A stretch of 53,139 bases of DNA, the filler included, from Dirinaria sp. TL-2023a (lineage: Eukaryota): assembly GCA_051941275.1 (NCBI GenBank). It is 3 parts of 3 records of this genome, joined end to end, with 100 filler letters (N's around TTAATTAATTAA, not from the genome) between each part and the next. Parts side by side here need not be neighbours in the genome. Positions count along the whole stretch, not along the records: positions 17,767 to 35,409 come from JAVEBF010000418.1; 2 more parts are not named here. One strand, 5' to 3'. The first letter of the stretch is position 1, and each line of letters starts with the position of its first letter. Positions 21,880-33,295 of the stretch are shown here, piece after piece. The notes beneath the pieces were generated by a model. That model saw nothing but the letters and a program-made list of their open reading frames with translations. It had not been told where the DNA came from and made no database searches. Both the position numbers and the translations under genes were made by a program.

Positions 21880-24327
21880 CTAATTATTAGGCAGTACCTC
21901 CAAATGGCCAAAACCACCCAAAACGACTCGGGCCCGTTCTCCATTCCGAATCTCCCCCTTAATAATCCTATTCGCCAGTCCATTACCGATCTCTTTGCTG
22001 ATCAACCTGTTCAAAGGCCGCGCGCCGTACCTAGGATCATAGCCTTTGTCACAGAGCCATTCTTTGACGTCCGCAGGCACCGACAGATGGATGCGGCGGT
22101 CGTCGAGCCGGTGTTGGAGTTCTTCGAGGCGAATATCGACTACGCCTCTTAAAGCTGATTTGGACAGGCGCTGGAAGATGATGAACTCGTCGATGCGGTT
22201 GAGGAATTCGGGGGTGAATGAGGCGCGGATCGAATCCATTACTGCTTGGCGCGTCTCGGGGCTGATGGTGTCGGAGGAGGAGGAGCAGGAGGAGCGCTGC
22301 GCGTCAGAGCGGACTAGCAGTTCGGCGCCTAAGTTAGAGGTGAGTACGATTATGGTGTTGCGGAAGTCGACCCGCTGGCCGTGCGAGTCTGTTAGGAACC
22401 CTTCTGCATTGCCGATCAGTATGTGCAAAACAAGTTTGAGCAAGCTGAGCCAAAACAGGGTGGTATTTGTGTTTTATGTACGAAGTAAAACTGGCATACC
22501 ATCAAGTACCTGAAGCAGTAACGCCGAGATGTCTTTGTGGGCTTTTTCGAACTCATCAAACAACAGCACGCTGTAGGGTTTCCTCCTGACACTCTCCGTA
22601 AGCTGGCCCGCGTCGTCATACCCTACATAGCCGGCTGGAGAGCCAATGAGTCTTGAGAGCGTATGCCGTTCTTGGAATTCAGACATGTCGAATCGTATCA
22701 TTGCAGCTTCGGTCGAGAACAGGAAAGATGCGAGCTTCTTGCAGAGCTCCGTCTTTCCTACCCCTGTCGGTCCAGCAAAGAAAAAGGAGGCAAGTGGGCG
22801 GTTGGCTCCAGAAATGCCTGCCCGTTGCATTCTGACCGCGTTCGCGACAGAACTGAGAGCCTCATCTTGACCCCGAATCGACTGGCGTAGTGTATCTTCC
22901 ATGTGAACTAGCTTTTCGACCTCGCCAGAGGAAAGTTTGTCTAGTGGTATCCCCGTGATCCTGGAGACTACAGTGGCAATGTCATCTGCCGTGACAGTGT
23001 CATGGATCAGGCCGCTGACACGGTCCTCGGAGCCTTCTGCGGGCAAACGGCTTTGGATCTTGGGAATGGTCGCGTATTGCAGTTCACTTGCTCTGCCAAA
23101 GTTCCCTTCTCGCTGCGCTTTTTCAAGCTCAATACGAGCGTTTTCAAGGTCTTCTTGGGCAGTCTTGATAGCCTGTATCTCCGACTTTTCTTTGTCCCAC
23201 ACCTCTGTTAATCGGGCAGCTTCTTGCTGGAGCTTGGCTAATGATTCTTCAAGCTGCTGTCGCCGTTCGATGCTGCTGATGTCCTTTTCATTGCGTAACG
23301 ATTCGAGCTCGATCTGGATCGTCATAATCTGGCGATCTAACTCCTGGATAGCGTCAGGCTTACTCTCCTGCTGTAATCGTTGGGCTGAGGCGGCTTCATC
23401 CACGAGATCAATAGCTTTGTCTGGGAGGAATCTGTCCGCAATGTATCGGTTTGACATGCTGGCGGCCGCGACAAGCGCCGCATCTGAAATCCGAACCCCA
23501 TGATGAAGCTCATACCGATCTTTGATCCCGCGCAGAATCGAAATGGTATCTGCTACGGAGGGCTCAGCGACTTGTATCGGCTGAAAGCGCCGGGCGAGGG
23601 CAGCATCTTTCTCAATCATTCTGTACTCATTCAGCGTCGTCGCTCCGACCGCTTGCAGCTCTCCTCTTGCGAGCTGCGGCTTTAGAATGTTGGACGCGTC
23701 CATGCTGCCTTCTGCCTTGCCAAGGTTCAGTAGGACATGTAGCTCGTCTATGAACAGAATAACACCGCCCTGTGCGTCTTCCACCTCTTTCAATACTGAC
23801 TTAAGCCGTTCTTCGAAATCCCCTCTATATTTCGCCCCAGCAATGAGCTGTCCCAGATCGAGAGCCACCACCCGTTTGTTCTTGATGCTCTCCGGTACAT
23901 CTCCTCTTACAATTCGCTGTGCCAGTCCTTCTATACACGCGGTCTTGCCCGTGCCGGCGCTCCCAATCAGGACAGGATTATTCTTCGTACGTCTTGCCAG
24001 CACCTGAATCGTCCGAGCCACCACGGCATCTCGACCAATAACCGGGTCCAAGCGTCCCGCTTTCGCCCGCGCCGTCAAGTCAACGCCGTACTGCTCCAGA
24101 GCGGATTTTTCCGGCTCTGAACCTAGATTCATCCGATGCGTCCCGCCAGGAGGCTGCGGTCTCGCGCTCGCGAAAGATCGAGCGGGGGTATTGGGTACGT
24201 GTCGTGAAAAAGCGTTGAATGTAGGGACGAGGAGACCTGGATGTCTCGGTACGCGCGGACACCGAGGCGCATGAAGGCCCAGCTTCAGGCTAGCCCTAGG
24301 GAAAAGCTGCAAAGAACGCGAAGCCAT
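21880..24327 (-). CDS. HSP78: Mitochondrial ClpB-family disaggregase Hsp78, 2 exons (intron 22499-22404)
   Basis: Arg-rich, acid-free presequence and no Clp N-domain. NBD1 has [16 protein letters not shown] and LFIDELH. The M-domain coiled coil is present. NBD2 has [31 protein letters not shown] and YGARPL. Confidence 0.95.
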
Positions 24328-25032
24328 CACAACGGGTGGCCAGCTTTCAACGAGCAAGAATCACACTTGGAGGTTATTGCTCTTCTGGTGCGAAAAGTAG
24401 CAGCGAGCAGTCGCACTCCATTCTCTTTCCCGTCTGCGACACAGGCTCAAGGAGGGAAACTTAGGGTGTCGAGATGCAGAAAGAATATCAATCGAGCAAG
24501 ATGTGGTTCTTAAAGATTTCATGCTCCTAGAGCTAAGCCAGTCTTAAAATCCGCACCTCGGCAGGATACATGTCAAGTACCTTGAAAACGTGCTCGACAG
24601 GCATATTACGTCAGCTATAATCGGATAAACCCTATTCCGGGCGGAAAATGGTTCGCCTGTTAACTGATCTTATCTAATCTTGTTCAAGCCCGAGGGCTTC
24701 AGCACAGCTCGTGCCAAGCCTTCAATGCCAGGAGGATGAGCTCAAGCACGTGACCGTGGTATGAGAACACATCAGACGAGAGGAACAACCCTCCTCAATT
24801 CTTCTATCGTCCCGAAATGATTCGTCATTTTTGAGATTGCAATGCTCCCTCAACCAGAATGCTAGTTTTGTTATATCTCCGCTGCCCTTTTTGAACATTG
24901 TAAGCATGCCGAACGGCTTAGGACGCGGTACCCGACGCAAAGCAAATAGGGCTGTTTATCTCGAATAGTCTGGCGGGTAATGCTATCCAGTGCAATTTTC
25001 CTTTATCCTGACACACGTCGTTCTATTCTCAG

Positions 25033-27650
25033 ATGGGAGTCATCGGCATGGACCCAGTGTCGATAATCGGACTCACTGCAGCCATTCAGCAAATTCTTAC
25101 TGCGGTCTATCAATTCGGCCATGGAGTCGTAGAGTCGAAAAAGGAGATCAACCAGCTATGCAGTGAGCTGCTTGCCCTGAAAGCAGCCTTAGAACATGTT
25201 CAGATCAATCTTTCGCTCGGCCATGACCCTAAAAGCGAAACGCAAAATGTGGCTTCACCATTGCTCTCGTCGACAAACCTCTCTACGCCTGAATGCACCG
25301 CTATGGCTTCATCAGCGGAAGCAATACTGAAAGAACTCCTTACTAGGCTCAAAAGTAAATCCAGTACCTTCAAGAAGTCGTTGCAGAGACTCACATGGCC
25401 TTTGGTCAAGGAGGATGTCATGCGTTACGTAGAACGATTGCATCGACTGACGTCTTGGTTTGTGCTCGCGACCACATCAGACAATATGTGAGATAGCCTT
25501 GACTTTGGGATCAAATGCAATGTTGACCTGAAATCGAAGGATAGTATGTAGGAAATCTTACGAGAAGATCTGCTCCATAGAACGCGTCCTGCAGGAACAA
25601 GTGGCGATACAGAAGGGATGGCAGACTGGTATCCATCATTCCCTTGCAGAGATAGCTTGTCGATAACTTCGATCCAGCCGAGACCAGACAAGAAGTAAGG
25701 GACTGGCTCGCTCCCTTTGACCCGCGCCACTTCTATCAGCGTTCAGTGGACCTTAGCCTTGAGGGAACCGGAAAGTGGTTCTTGGACGGAACCCTTCAAC
25801 ATTGGTTGGATGAAGAGAGTCCACCCATCCTCTGGCTCCGCGCAAAACGTGAGCCGTCCCTGAAAAAGTTCTCGAAAGTGATCCAGGTCTGTGCTCACGT
25901 CTTCGCTACTAGCTGGTGCGGGAAAGACAACATTGATGTAGCTGCTGAAACTCTATCTCTATTGAATCATCAAGCTGACGCCTTGATAAGGTCCACTGCG
26001 ATCAGACATGCACGCGTTGTCCTTGAAAATCGTAAACGACAACAGCCAGTGGCATTCTTCTACTGCTCGTTCTCGACTCAAGAGACTCAAGACATACGCA
26101 CTATAATTGCATCGCTCGTTTTCCAGCTCTGCGAGGCGCGCCCGGCTCTTTGGGACGACGTTATTGAGCAATATCTCAACAGTAAGCGCCAGCTCCAGTA
26201 TGCAGCAAGCAAGATGAGTGTCGAGGACTGTATGCACGTCCTGTCACAAGGGAGCGCCAAAGCTTCCGGGACATATCTGTTTCTGGACGCTATAAATGAA
26301 AGCAGACAGTGGCGTGGAGTGCTCGACATGATCAAGAAGCTCCTACAAACGATGCCCTCAGTGCGCATCATGATTTCAAGTACTGAAGAACTAGATGATC
26401 CCTTCAAAGCCGGCGAAGCCGGCCTTGTTCTAATGGACTGGAGAAGTATTTCCCAAGATATTCAATATTACATCGAGGCTTGGATCGACAATCATCCGCA
26501 TTTAGCTCCTCTTCCTGATAAATTGAAATTGGAAATCGGATCAACTTTGCTATCAAAAAGTGATGGAATGTCTGTGATAATGCCCGCAAAGGATATTTTG
26601 GATTGAATCGACTGATATCTGTGCAGGTTTCGATGGGTACAATGTCAATTAGAGGAATTAACTCGGAAACGAACCCCAAAGGAGATTCGAAAAGCGCTCG
26701 CGCACGTTCCTAAAAATCTTGCAGAGACATATCAAGGTATTTTGGCCCGAATACCATCCGAGGACGTCGACACTGCCAAACAGATGCTTTTTTGGATATC
26801 GTCTGCATTAGTGCCGATGACTTTACAAGAACTTTGCGAGGCTGTCATCATCGCAGATGGCCCTATGGTTGTAAACGACGACGCCCGTTTGCTGAATCCG
26901 AAAAGTACCCTTGAGCTTTGTAGCAGCCTCGTCAGCTATGACAATAGCACTACAAGGATTTCGCTAGCTCACTCGTCGGTACTGGCATATCTTCGGTCAC
27001 AAAACATCCTGGACAGCGAAGTCAGATGCTTTTATTTGAGTCCTGAAGCAGAGTTCCAAGCTGTACCTCGACGTTGTATCAACTATCTCTTGATGCCAGT
27101 GTTCCGTTCCGGTTGCTGTTCGACGGAGACTGAGCTCAGCCAGCGCTTGGAGAGCTGGCCCTTGCTCACATATATTGCAGATACGTTATTCGATCATCTT
27201 GAGTACGTCGACCTGCATGACCCAGGTTTCAGAGATCTCATCTTACGCTTCTTCGCGACGCATAAACTGCCCCGGGGCGGCAACTTTGGCGCATGGGTCC
27301 AAGCATTCATCCCTGATACGACTTTCAACATCAAGTCTTCGACTCCGCTGTACTACGCCGCTCGCTTTGGTCTGCTGCGCCTAGTGAGGCTGATCTTACA
27401 GACTCAGGGGACCACTGATCTCGAGAAACCCGGTGGGGTGTATGGCTCCACGCCGCTGCATGTAGCTTCGTGGGCAGAAAGACCGGAAGTCGTAAAGGAA
27501 CTCCTGGATGCAGGGGCTAATCCGAAGGAGACCAACTTCTCTGGCCAAAATGGACTATACTGGGCTGTAATCCATGGTAACAAAGTTATAGAGCAGATGC
27601 TGAGGGAGGCGGGAGCCGTCGTGGAGGAAGGGGATGACTCAGAGCTGTGA
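25033..27650 (+). CDS. Fungal NLR-like protein: HeLo-like N-terminal domain, NACHT NTPase and short ankyrin-repeat C-terminus (about 6 exons)
   Basis: N-terminus MDPVSIIGLTAAI...LTWPL, then RDWLAPFDP...EGTGKWFL. Walker A LWLRAKPGAGKTTL is assembled across introns. Also VAFFYCSF, Walker B YLFLDAINE, GMFRWVQCQL, LAHSSVLAYL, and ankyrin motifs STPLYYAARFG and STPLHVASW. The start may be 25033 or 25048. Confidence 0.88.
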
Positions 27651-27740
27651 CTAGGCTTGAAGATGATAACAATCTTTGAAAATTTAGTCCTATATAACTA
27701 CGTCCTTGCGGGCGCTGATACGAGAAGCTGAATCGAACGT

Positions 27741-27871
27741 AATTGAGAAACATTGGGTAGGAGAAGGGTTGTATCCGAACTCTAGGGGCGTGCCTACTGA
27801 CTGACGGGCTCTACAGCGCGAAACACAACGTTAATCGCGAACATTAATCAAGTAAGAGATGTTTCTCAATT
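27741..27871. repeat. 13-bp perfect inverted repeat AATTGAGAAACAT ... ATGTTTCTCAATT spanning 131 bp
   Basis: Arms at 27741-27753 and 27859-27871 are exact reverse complements. No target-site duplication is visible. Confidence 0.7.
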
Positions 27872-28129
27872 GGGTCAATACTTTGGCCAAGCGCTTACGC
27901 TGCGCTTAGAAAGCTAATGTTCAACGAAAACCTCACTGCATCAACGAAAGCGATTCCTGATCCGAGGCTATGGGTAGCTTGACAAGCCTACCCTCTCCTT
28001 TCATTACTATTAACATGTATGTTCTAGCCCAGTCTTCGTTGAACTACACGGGTTTGTTAACCAGGTGCAAGGACCAAGCTTTGGATCGTTCTGAATTGGA
28101 ATCTAAACCAAATCTAAGCGAATGATGTC

Positions 28130-29421
28130 CAAACCGTGGTTCCCACTAAAGCCGGGAACGAAGGAGCGGAGAAGTGCGATGAGATCCTGGATCCTAATTG
28201 CTCCGGTACCGGCCTAGACATCAATCTCTGCAGACAATACCCGGAGGCGCATTTTTTATGGTTCGCCATCAGTCACTGGGCTCACTTCATGAATAAATTG
28301 CACGGTACATTCGATGACAGTACCATATCTTTAAAGTCTTTGACCAGCACCCTCGTCAAGCAGTTCTTTATCCCACAATCAGATCCCAGTCAACTGATTA
28401 TGGCAGTCGGCATCCTTTCAGGTATTGCTGCAGCGATCTCCCCAGCGTGGCCCTCAGCCGCAGTTGCTGCTGGTGCGGCAAATATCGTTAACGGCATACT
28501 TACGCAAGCTGGACTCTAAACCGGAGGAAGGCTTAGAAATCCTTCTCAAAGCCCATTGACTGACACAAAATGCAGTCCTCTAGAGCAGTGGCGTCAAGTC
28601 CAATCTGCCATCGGATCCGCCTTTACTCGGATTCAGAAGGCACTTGAAGCTTACTTGATTATACCTTGCACGAGTTACCCGGCGATCCGAACGGAGGTAT
28701 CACATACGACGCTAATCTTACCGAATTACCCATGATCTTAGCAAGTGGTACATTTGCTTCAACGCCGGAAGTTGACGTATTTAATCCTGGTATTTATGGA
28801 GCACTGGCGGCATCTGCTATCAACGCAGTTTGGATTCAGGACAAGGTCGTCGTCATTAAGATTAATGATTCTGCATCCGATAAAGGCGATGGCGCTGCAT
28901 GCCAAGCATTTCCCAACAGGACAGCTTATATCGACGGGGTAGCATACATTTTTGTCAAGTGGGCGATGGACGGCGGGTCGGAAATTCCATTCAGCGAGTT
29001 CTTCGAGCATGATTGAAATGTCTGGGGAGCCTATGCAGAGGACAGTAGCAACGACGAGCATTTCAAGGATTATGCTCTAACATTGAATGACATCGCCACT
29101 TCAGCTCATAACACGCAGGACCAGAACGGTTTCTTTTTCAAAAAAAATTGATCAGCAACCCAACTGACCTGAAGTTGGCCGACCTCATGTTTTGGAGTCT
29201 TCCAATCTGCGACATCCCTGCCATCCTCGGACCTAATAAACACCTCAACGGGCCTGGGGACCAGACCGGCGATGATGTGGGTTTCTCCCTTTATCTAATG
29301 GTTAGGAATCCGCCACTGACATCTCCTTAGCCGATCGTCCAATGTGGTCCTTGTAATTGTGTACAAGCGCAGGGTTGGCCTGCGGGGGATGGTGAATACC
29401 CCGATGGTAAGAACGGCGTAA
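28130..29421 (+). pseudogene. Degraded gene for an uncharacterised Cys-containing fungal protein
   Basis: Consecutive protein-like ORF fragments (28136-28519, 28666-29016, 29148-29330, and a last exon ending CGPCNCVQAQGWP...* at 29421). They are interrupted by a TGA at 29014 (HD*NVWGAY, probably a former TGG), frameshifts and an apparently lost splice donor near 28516. No start or signal peptide was found. Confidence 0.55.
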
Positions 29422-30089
29422 CGCCAGACCAGTGCATAAGTGATGGATGGGTCAATAATTGATAAATTAAGTGTCCCTGTCACGAGAGACTGAATACTCG
29501 GCTGCTGTGTAAATCGATTTTCCGAGTTTACTGATGTTGACTCAACGATTAGGTTGCCCTGTCTGACTGCTGATCATCACTAGCACGCTGTGGCTGATTT
29601 ACTTTAATGGATCTTTCATGACAGTATATCTTCGCTTCTGGTTTGGACCAGACCTTCAACGTACATGCTTTGCTGGCTAGCGAGCTCTGTGCATATATCC
29701 ATCCTAGACAAGGATTAGAACACGAAATAGCTCAATGCTTGCGAAACTCTTGCTTGGTCATGAACGCTATCATAACAGTTTCTCTAGCACTAGCCATTCG
29801 CTTAGTAAGCGCCCTCTGTCAATGCGGCCAATACGTTTTCTTGGGAAATCGTTCGATCCCAATCCCCTTCCCTTGGATTATCAGGACCCCACCTACAATT
29901 AGTCTTGCCTGCCTAATCTACCTATTCAGTCGTCGCAGGGGATGCATTCACAGCCAGATTTGATTAGCAGAGATGTCGCGCTCATGCAGAGAACCCCGCC
30001 CCCTCCCCAATATCATATGACGCCCTGTTCTGGACTACTCATTGAGGTACGTATGCCCGTCTTGAACCGATCACGGCTCTCATGAGACC

Positions 30090-31427
30090 ATGGCAGACAT
30101 CCGCTATGATATCCTAATCGTTGGCGCTGGCATCTTCGGCACCAGTGCCGCCTACCACCTCTCCAAATCCCACCCCAACCCTTCCTCTGTCGCTGTTATC
30201 GACCGGACGCCCTCCCCACCCGATCATGGCGCGTCCACCGACATCAACAAGATCATCCGCACCGACTATAGTACGCGCTTCTACATGGATCTGGCATACG
30301 AGGCTGTTGACGCTTGGGATACTTGGCCCGAGCTTAAGGGGAAGGGTTACTATCATCAGACGGGTTGGCTGAACTTGGGTGAGAAAGGTGACGACTTGCA
30401 GGATCGAATCAGGCGGAACTTTAGAGACAGAGGCCATGATCCTACAAGCGATGTGTCTTTCCAGGATGTTAGAAAGATTTGTGGAGGCATTTTCGCTGGT
30501 GCGAACCTCGAAGGCATTGGGAAAGTCTACTGGAATCCGCTGGCTGGGTGGTGTGATGCTGCAGCGGCCACTACTGAGCTTATGAAGGTCGCTATCGAAC
30601 GTGGCGTACAATACATCACAGGTGATGTGCAGCGGCTCAAGCTCGGCAGTGGAAGGATTGAAGGAGTGTACACCAGCGATGGAAAGCTGTATACGGCCAA
30701 CAAGATTGTTTTGGCAACTGGGGCATGGACCAGCAAGCTCATGACGAGCACAGAAGACGCTCTGGACTTACCAGAGCAAGACAGGGTGGAAAGACAAGTC
30801 TCAGCAGCGGCCGTCTGCGTTGCACATTACAAGCTGTCTCCGCAGGAGGTTGCTGAGCTTCGCCAGATGCCCGTCGTTATATACAGCGACCGTGGCGACT
30901 GTCAGCCTCCACCCTCCAACCACCTGCTAAAGCTAACATGGGCACCATCATTAAAAAATACCAAAGTCACGCCCAGCGGTCATCGCATTTCTGCCCCTCC
31001 GGATCAGGACCAGGGAATCGTGCCGAAAAGACTAAAGCAAAAGACTCGGGAAGCGATAGCGCACCAGGTGCTGCCCCAGTATACAGCTGATCGAGAAGAA
31101 GAGTACTGGCGTTTGTGCTGGGATGCTGTGTCACCATCTCAGGATCAGCTCATTACTCGGCATCCTCATCCTGAGTTGCAGAATTTGTTCTTTACGATTG
31201 GTGGCAGCTTTCATAGCTACAAATTTCTACCTATCATCGGCAAGTATATTGTGAATGTCCTAGATGGCCACAGCAACGGTGAAGAAAAGGACCAGCACTG
31301 GGCGTGGAAGAGCGAGAGTCAGCTTCTGCAATTCGAGCAGGGCAAAGGGGCACACGAGAAAGCGGCACCAATTATGGAGCTGAGTGAAATGGAGGATGAC
31401 CCACAGGTACACATCGCAAAGCTCTAA
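30090..31427 (+). CDS. FAD-dependent amine oxidase (sarcosine oxidase / fructosyl-amino-acid oxidase / pipecolate oxidase family)
   Basis: Rossmann motif ILIVGAGIFGTSAAYHL, ASTDINKIIRTDY, IVLATGAWT, RLCWDA (flavinylation Cys position) and GGSFHSYKFLPIIG. The C-terminus -AKL is a PTS1-like peroxisomal signal. Confidence 0.92.
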   Translation: MADIRYDILIVGAGIFGTSAAYHLSKSHPNPSSVAVIDRTPSPPDHGASTDINKIIRTDYSTRFYMDLAYEAVDAWDTWPELKGKGYYHQTGWLNLGEKGDDLQDRIRRNFRDRGHDPTSDVSFQDVRKICGGIFAGANLEGIGKVYWNPLAGWCDAAAATTELMKVAIERGVQYITGDVQRLKLGSGRIEGVYTSDGKLYTANKIVLATGAWTSKLMTSTEDALDLPEQDRVERQVSAAAVCVAHYKLSPQEVAELRQMPVVIYSDRGDCQPPPSNHLLKLTWAPSLKNTKVTPSGHRISAPPDQDQGIVPKRLKQKTREAIAHQVLPQYTADREEEYWRLCWDAVSPSQDQLITRHPHPELQNLFFTIGGSFHSYKFLPIIGKYIVNVLDGHSNGEEKDQHWAWKSESQLLQFEQGKGAHEKAAPIMELSEMEDDPQVHIAKL

Positions 31428-32214
31428 CTCTACGCCTAGTCTCTCAACAGCCGGTTGAGTGCTTATGCTAACGTCTCACTCACTTTATAACTGACTTCGT
31501 ACTCTGCTAGCTACAGGGGGCCCAGACTGGTAGTAGTGATACTTACTCGAGGACTGGTGTTGTTTGGGCGGGCGAAGTTACGTAGCTTTATCAAGAGTCG
31601 ACTATACATGAACGGCTCAGTTTCCGTTTCACCAGCCTCCATTTTCCCACATCCCTCAGTAAGGCCACTTATTCCTAATTCCTGATGGAGTCCACAGAAT
31701 TCTACGAACGGACTTCGCAAATAAGCTCGCAATGGAGAGGGGCAAAAAAGGCCATCATATGAGAAATTCAACGTCTGGCCATTGCGATAGTCATAATCAC
31801 GCACCATCAACGTTTCCCAAGTCATTGTCAAGAGTTATAGGTGATTCTTTATAATTACTCTTCCTTCTGTCCTACAAGCCGTAAGTGCTTGCTCTATTCA
31901 TCTATTATGATTGAAGATTCGTTGCGCGTACTCGGCTAGCGGATAGAAGTTCAACAAAAAAAGGTCTCAGAGGACACCTTGTCGGCAACTGATTGATCGC
32001 ACTCAAATAAGAGGTTCGCTTTATTAAGAGCGGATAATCATACACGAGAGTTGCCCCACTTCTCCTACGTACTCAAATCCGCGGTAGAGGGATGGAGATT
32101 CGTCGTCAGTATAGGTATGATCAACCTAATAGTCATTGCTCACAATCTCTTTTGTTCGTGTGCACGTCGTCTTAGGTCCACTCAAATACGTCCAGCTCAC
32201 CGTCAGGCCTCGCA

Positions 32215-32793
32215 ATGCATAGGATCATCTCAGATTGCAACCTTTTTATCATCTTGAATGTTTTGTTTTGCTGTACCGCTGTTTCCTATGTCGTCCATCC
32301 CACCATATATCAATCAGCGCGTCCTTCGTCCACGAGTCACATAGGAGAACCTTTTGCAAAATGCATACCTATCGACGCCAGTGCCCAGGATTTGCGAGGC
32401 ACGACTCACTTTGACAATGACTGCCTTGGCGCATGGGCCGACATGCTATCGATGACGGAATTCTCGCACACATCCTGGCGCTGGAAACGTTTCCCACCCG
32501 ATGAGGTTCTGCCCGAAGGGTATGCAAGACTGCCCTTCATACAAACCCATAGAACGTGTATGCTTAAGCTGGACGTGCTGGAAAAGGCAGCCGACGAGGG
32601 AACACTCGCACTCATTGATCTGGCGCCAGCGCTGAAAGAGTTGTGGGCGGAGTGTCTTTACCCAAAGAAAGGCATGCTAGCGATGGGAATAATCCGAGCG
32701 GACCCTCATCAGAATTTGGGCTTTTCAGCTCAGCCTGCGAGACTACGTCTAATACTACCAACGCTAAATGGTACGGCAAAGTGGGTTCTCTGA
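32215..32793 (+). CDS. Hypothetical small, possibly secreted Cys-containing protein (192 aa)
   Basis: Intact ATG-initiated ORF with a hydrophobic N-terminal stretch (LFIILNVLFCCTAVSY) and spaced cysteines. No family recognised. Confidence 0.55.
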   Translation: MHRIISDCNLFIILNVLFCCTAVSYVVHPTIYQSARPSSTSHIGEPFAKCIPIDASAQDLRGTTHFDNDCLGAWADMLSMTEFSHTSWRWKRFPPDEVLPEGYARLPFIQTHRTCMLKLDVLEKAADEGTLALIDLAPALKELWAECLYPKKGMLAMGIIRADPHQNLGFSAQPARLRLILPTLNGTAKWVL

Positions 32794-33295
32794 GCATGGC
32801 TGCTTCGCAGAAATCTCCAAGTTATATTCCGCTTCCTTCGCGCAGTGTTCGGATATTTGTGTTGGAAACATGACGTTTAGCAAGTTGTGGTCTTACCTAT
32901 AGTCATAGTCTGGCGACTGAAGTTCCTTCTCCGCCCAGACCTTGATTCAGCTGCAAGCTAGGTCATACGTCTTACTTTCAATTTTCCCTAGGGCAGCGTC
33001 TCAGGCTACCTTACCTTTAGGCCGACTTCGGGTTCTCGCTAAGCTCCAGTACTTTTTCACAGCTGCCATTTCGGGCCAGACCGCCCGTACCTGATCTGCG
33101 ATGCAGCAAATAACAGCCACTAAATTGAGCACGTTTGCCATTCATCAACCCCCCGTGTACAGATCGTCTCTAAAACATCAACACGTGAGACGCCGAGACC
33201 ATGAATGATGAGATCATGGCTTCCTATAAGAATGAAAGAAAGATCTCATTCTCGACCTGGTACGGCCGTACCCGACCATCGCCATTACAGTAATA

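Noticed and set aside
24328..25032. Functional link between the Hsp78 disaggregase and the divergent NLR (amyloid signalling)
   Set aside because: Hsp78 has a mitochondrial presequence, and I see no amyloid motif at the NLR N-terminus, which carries its own effector-like domain. Adjacency is probably incidental.
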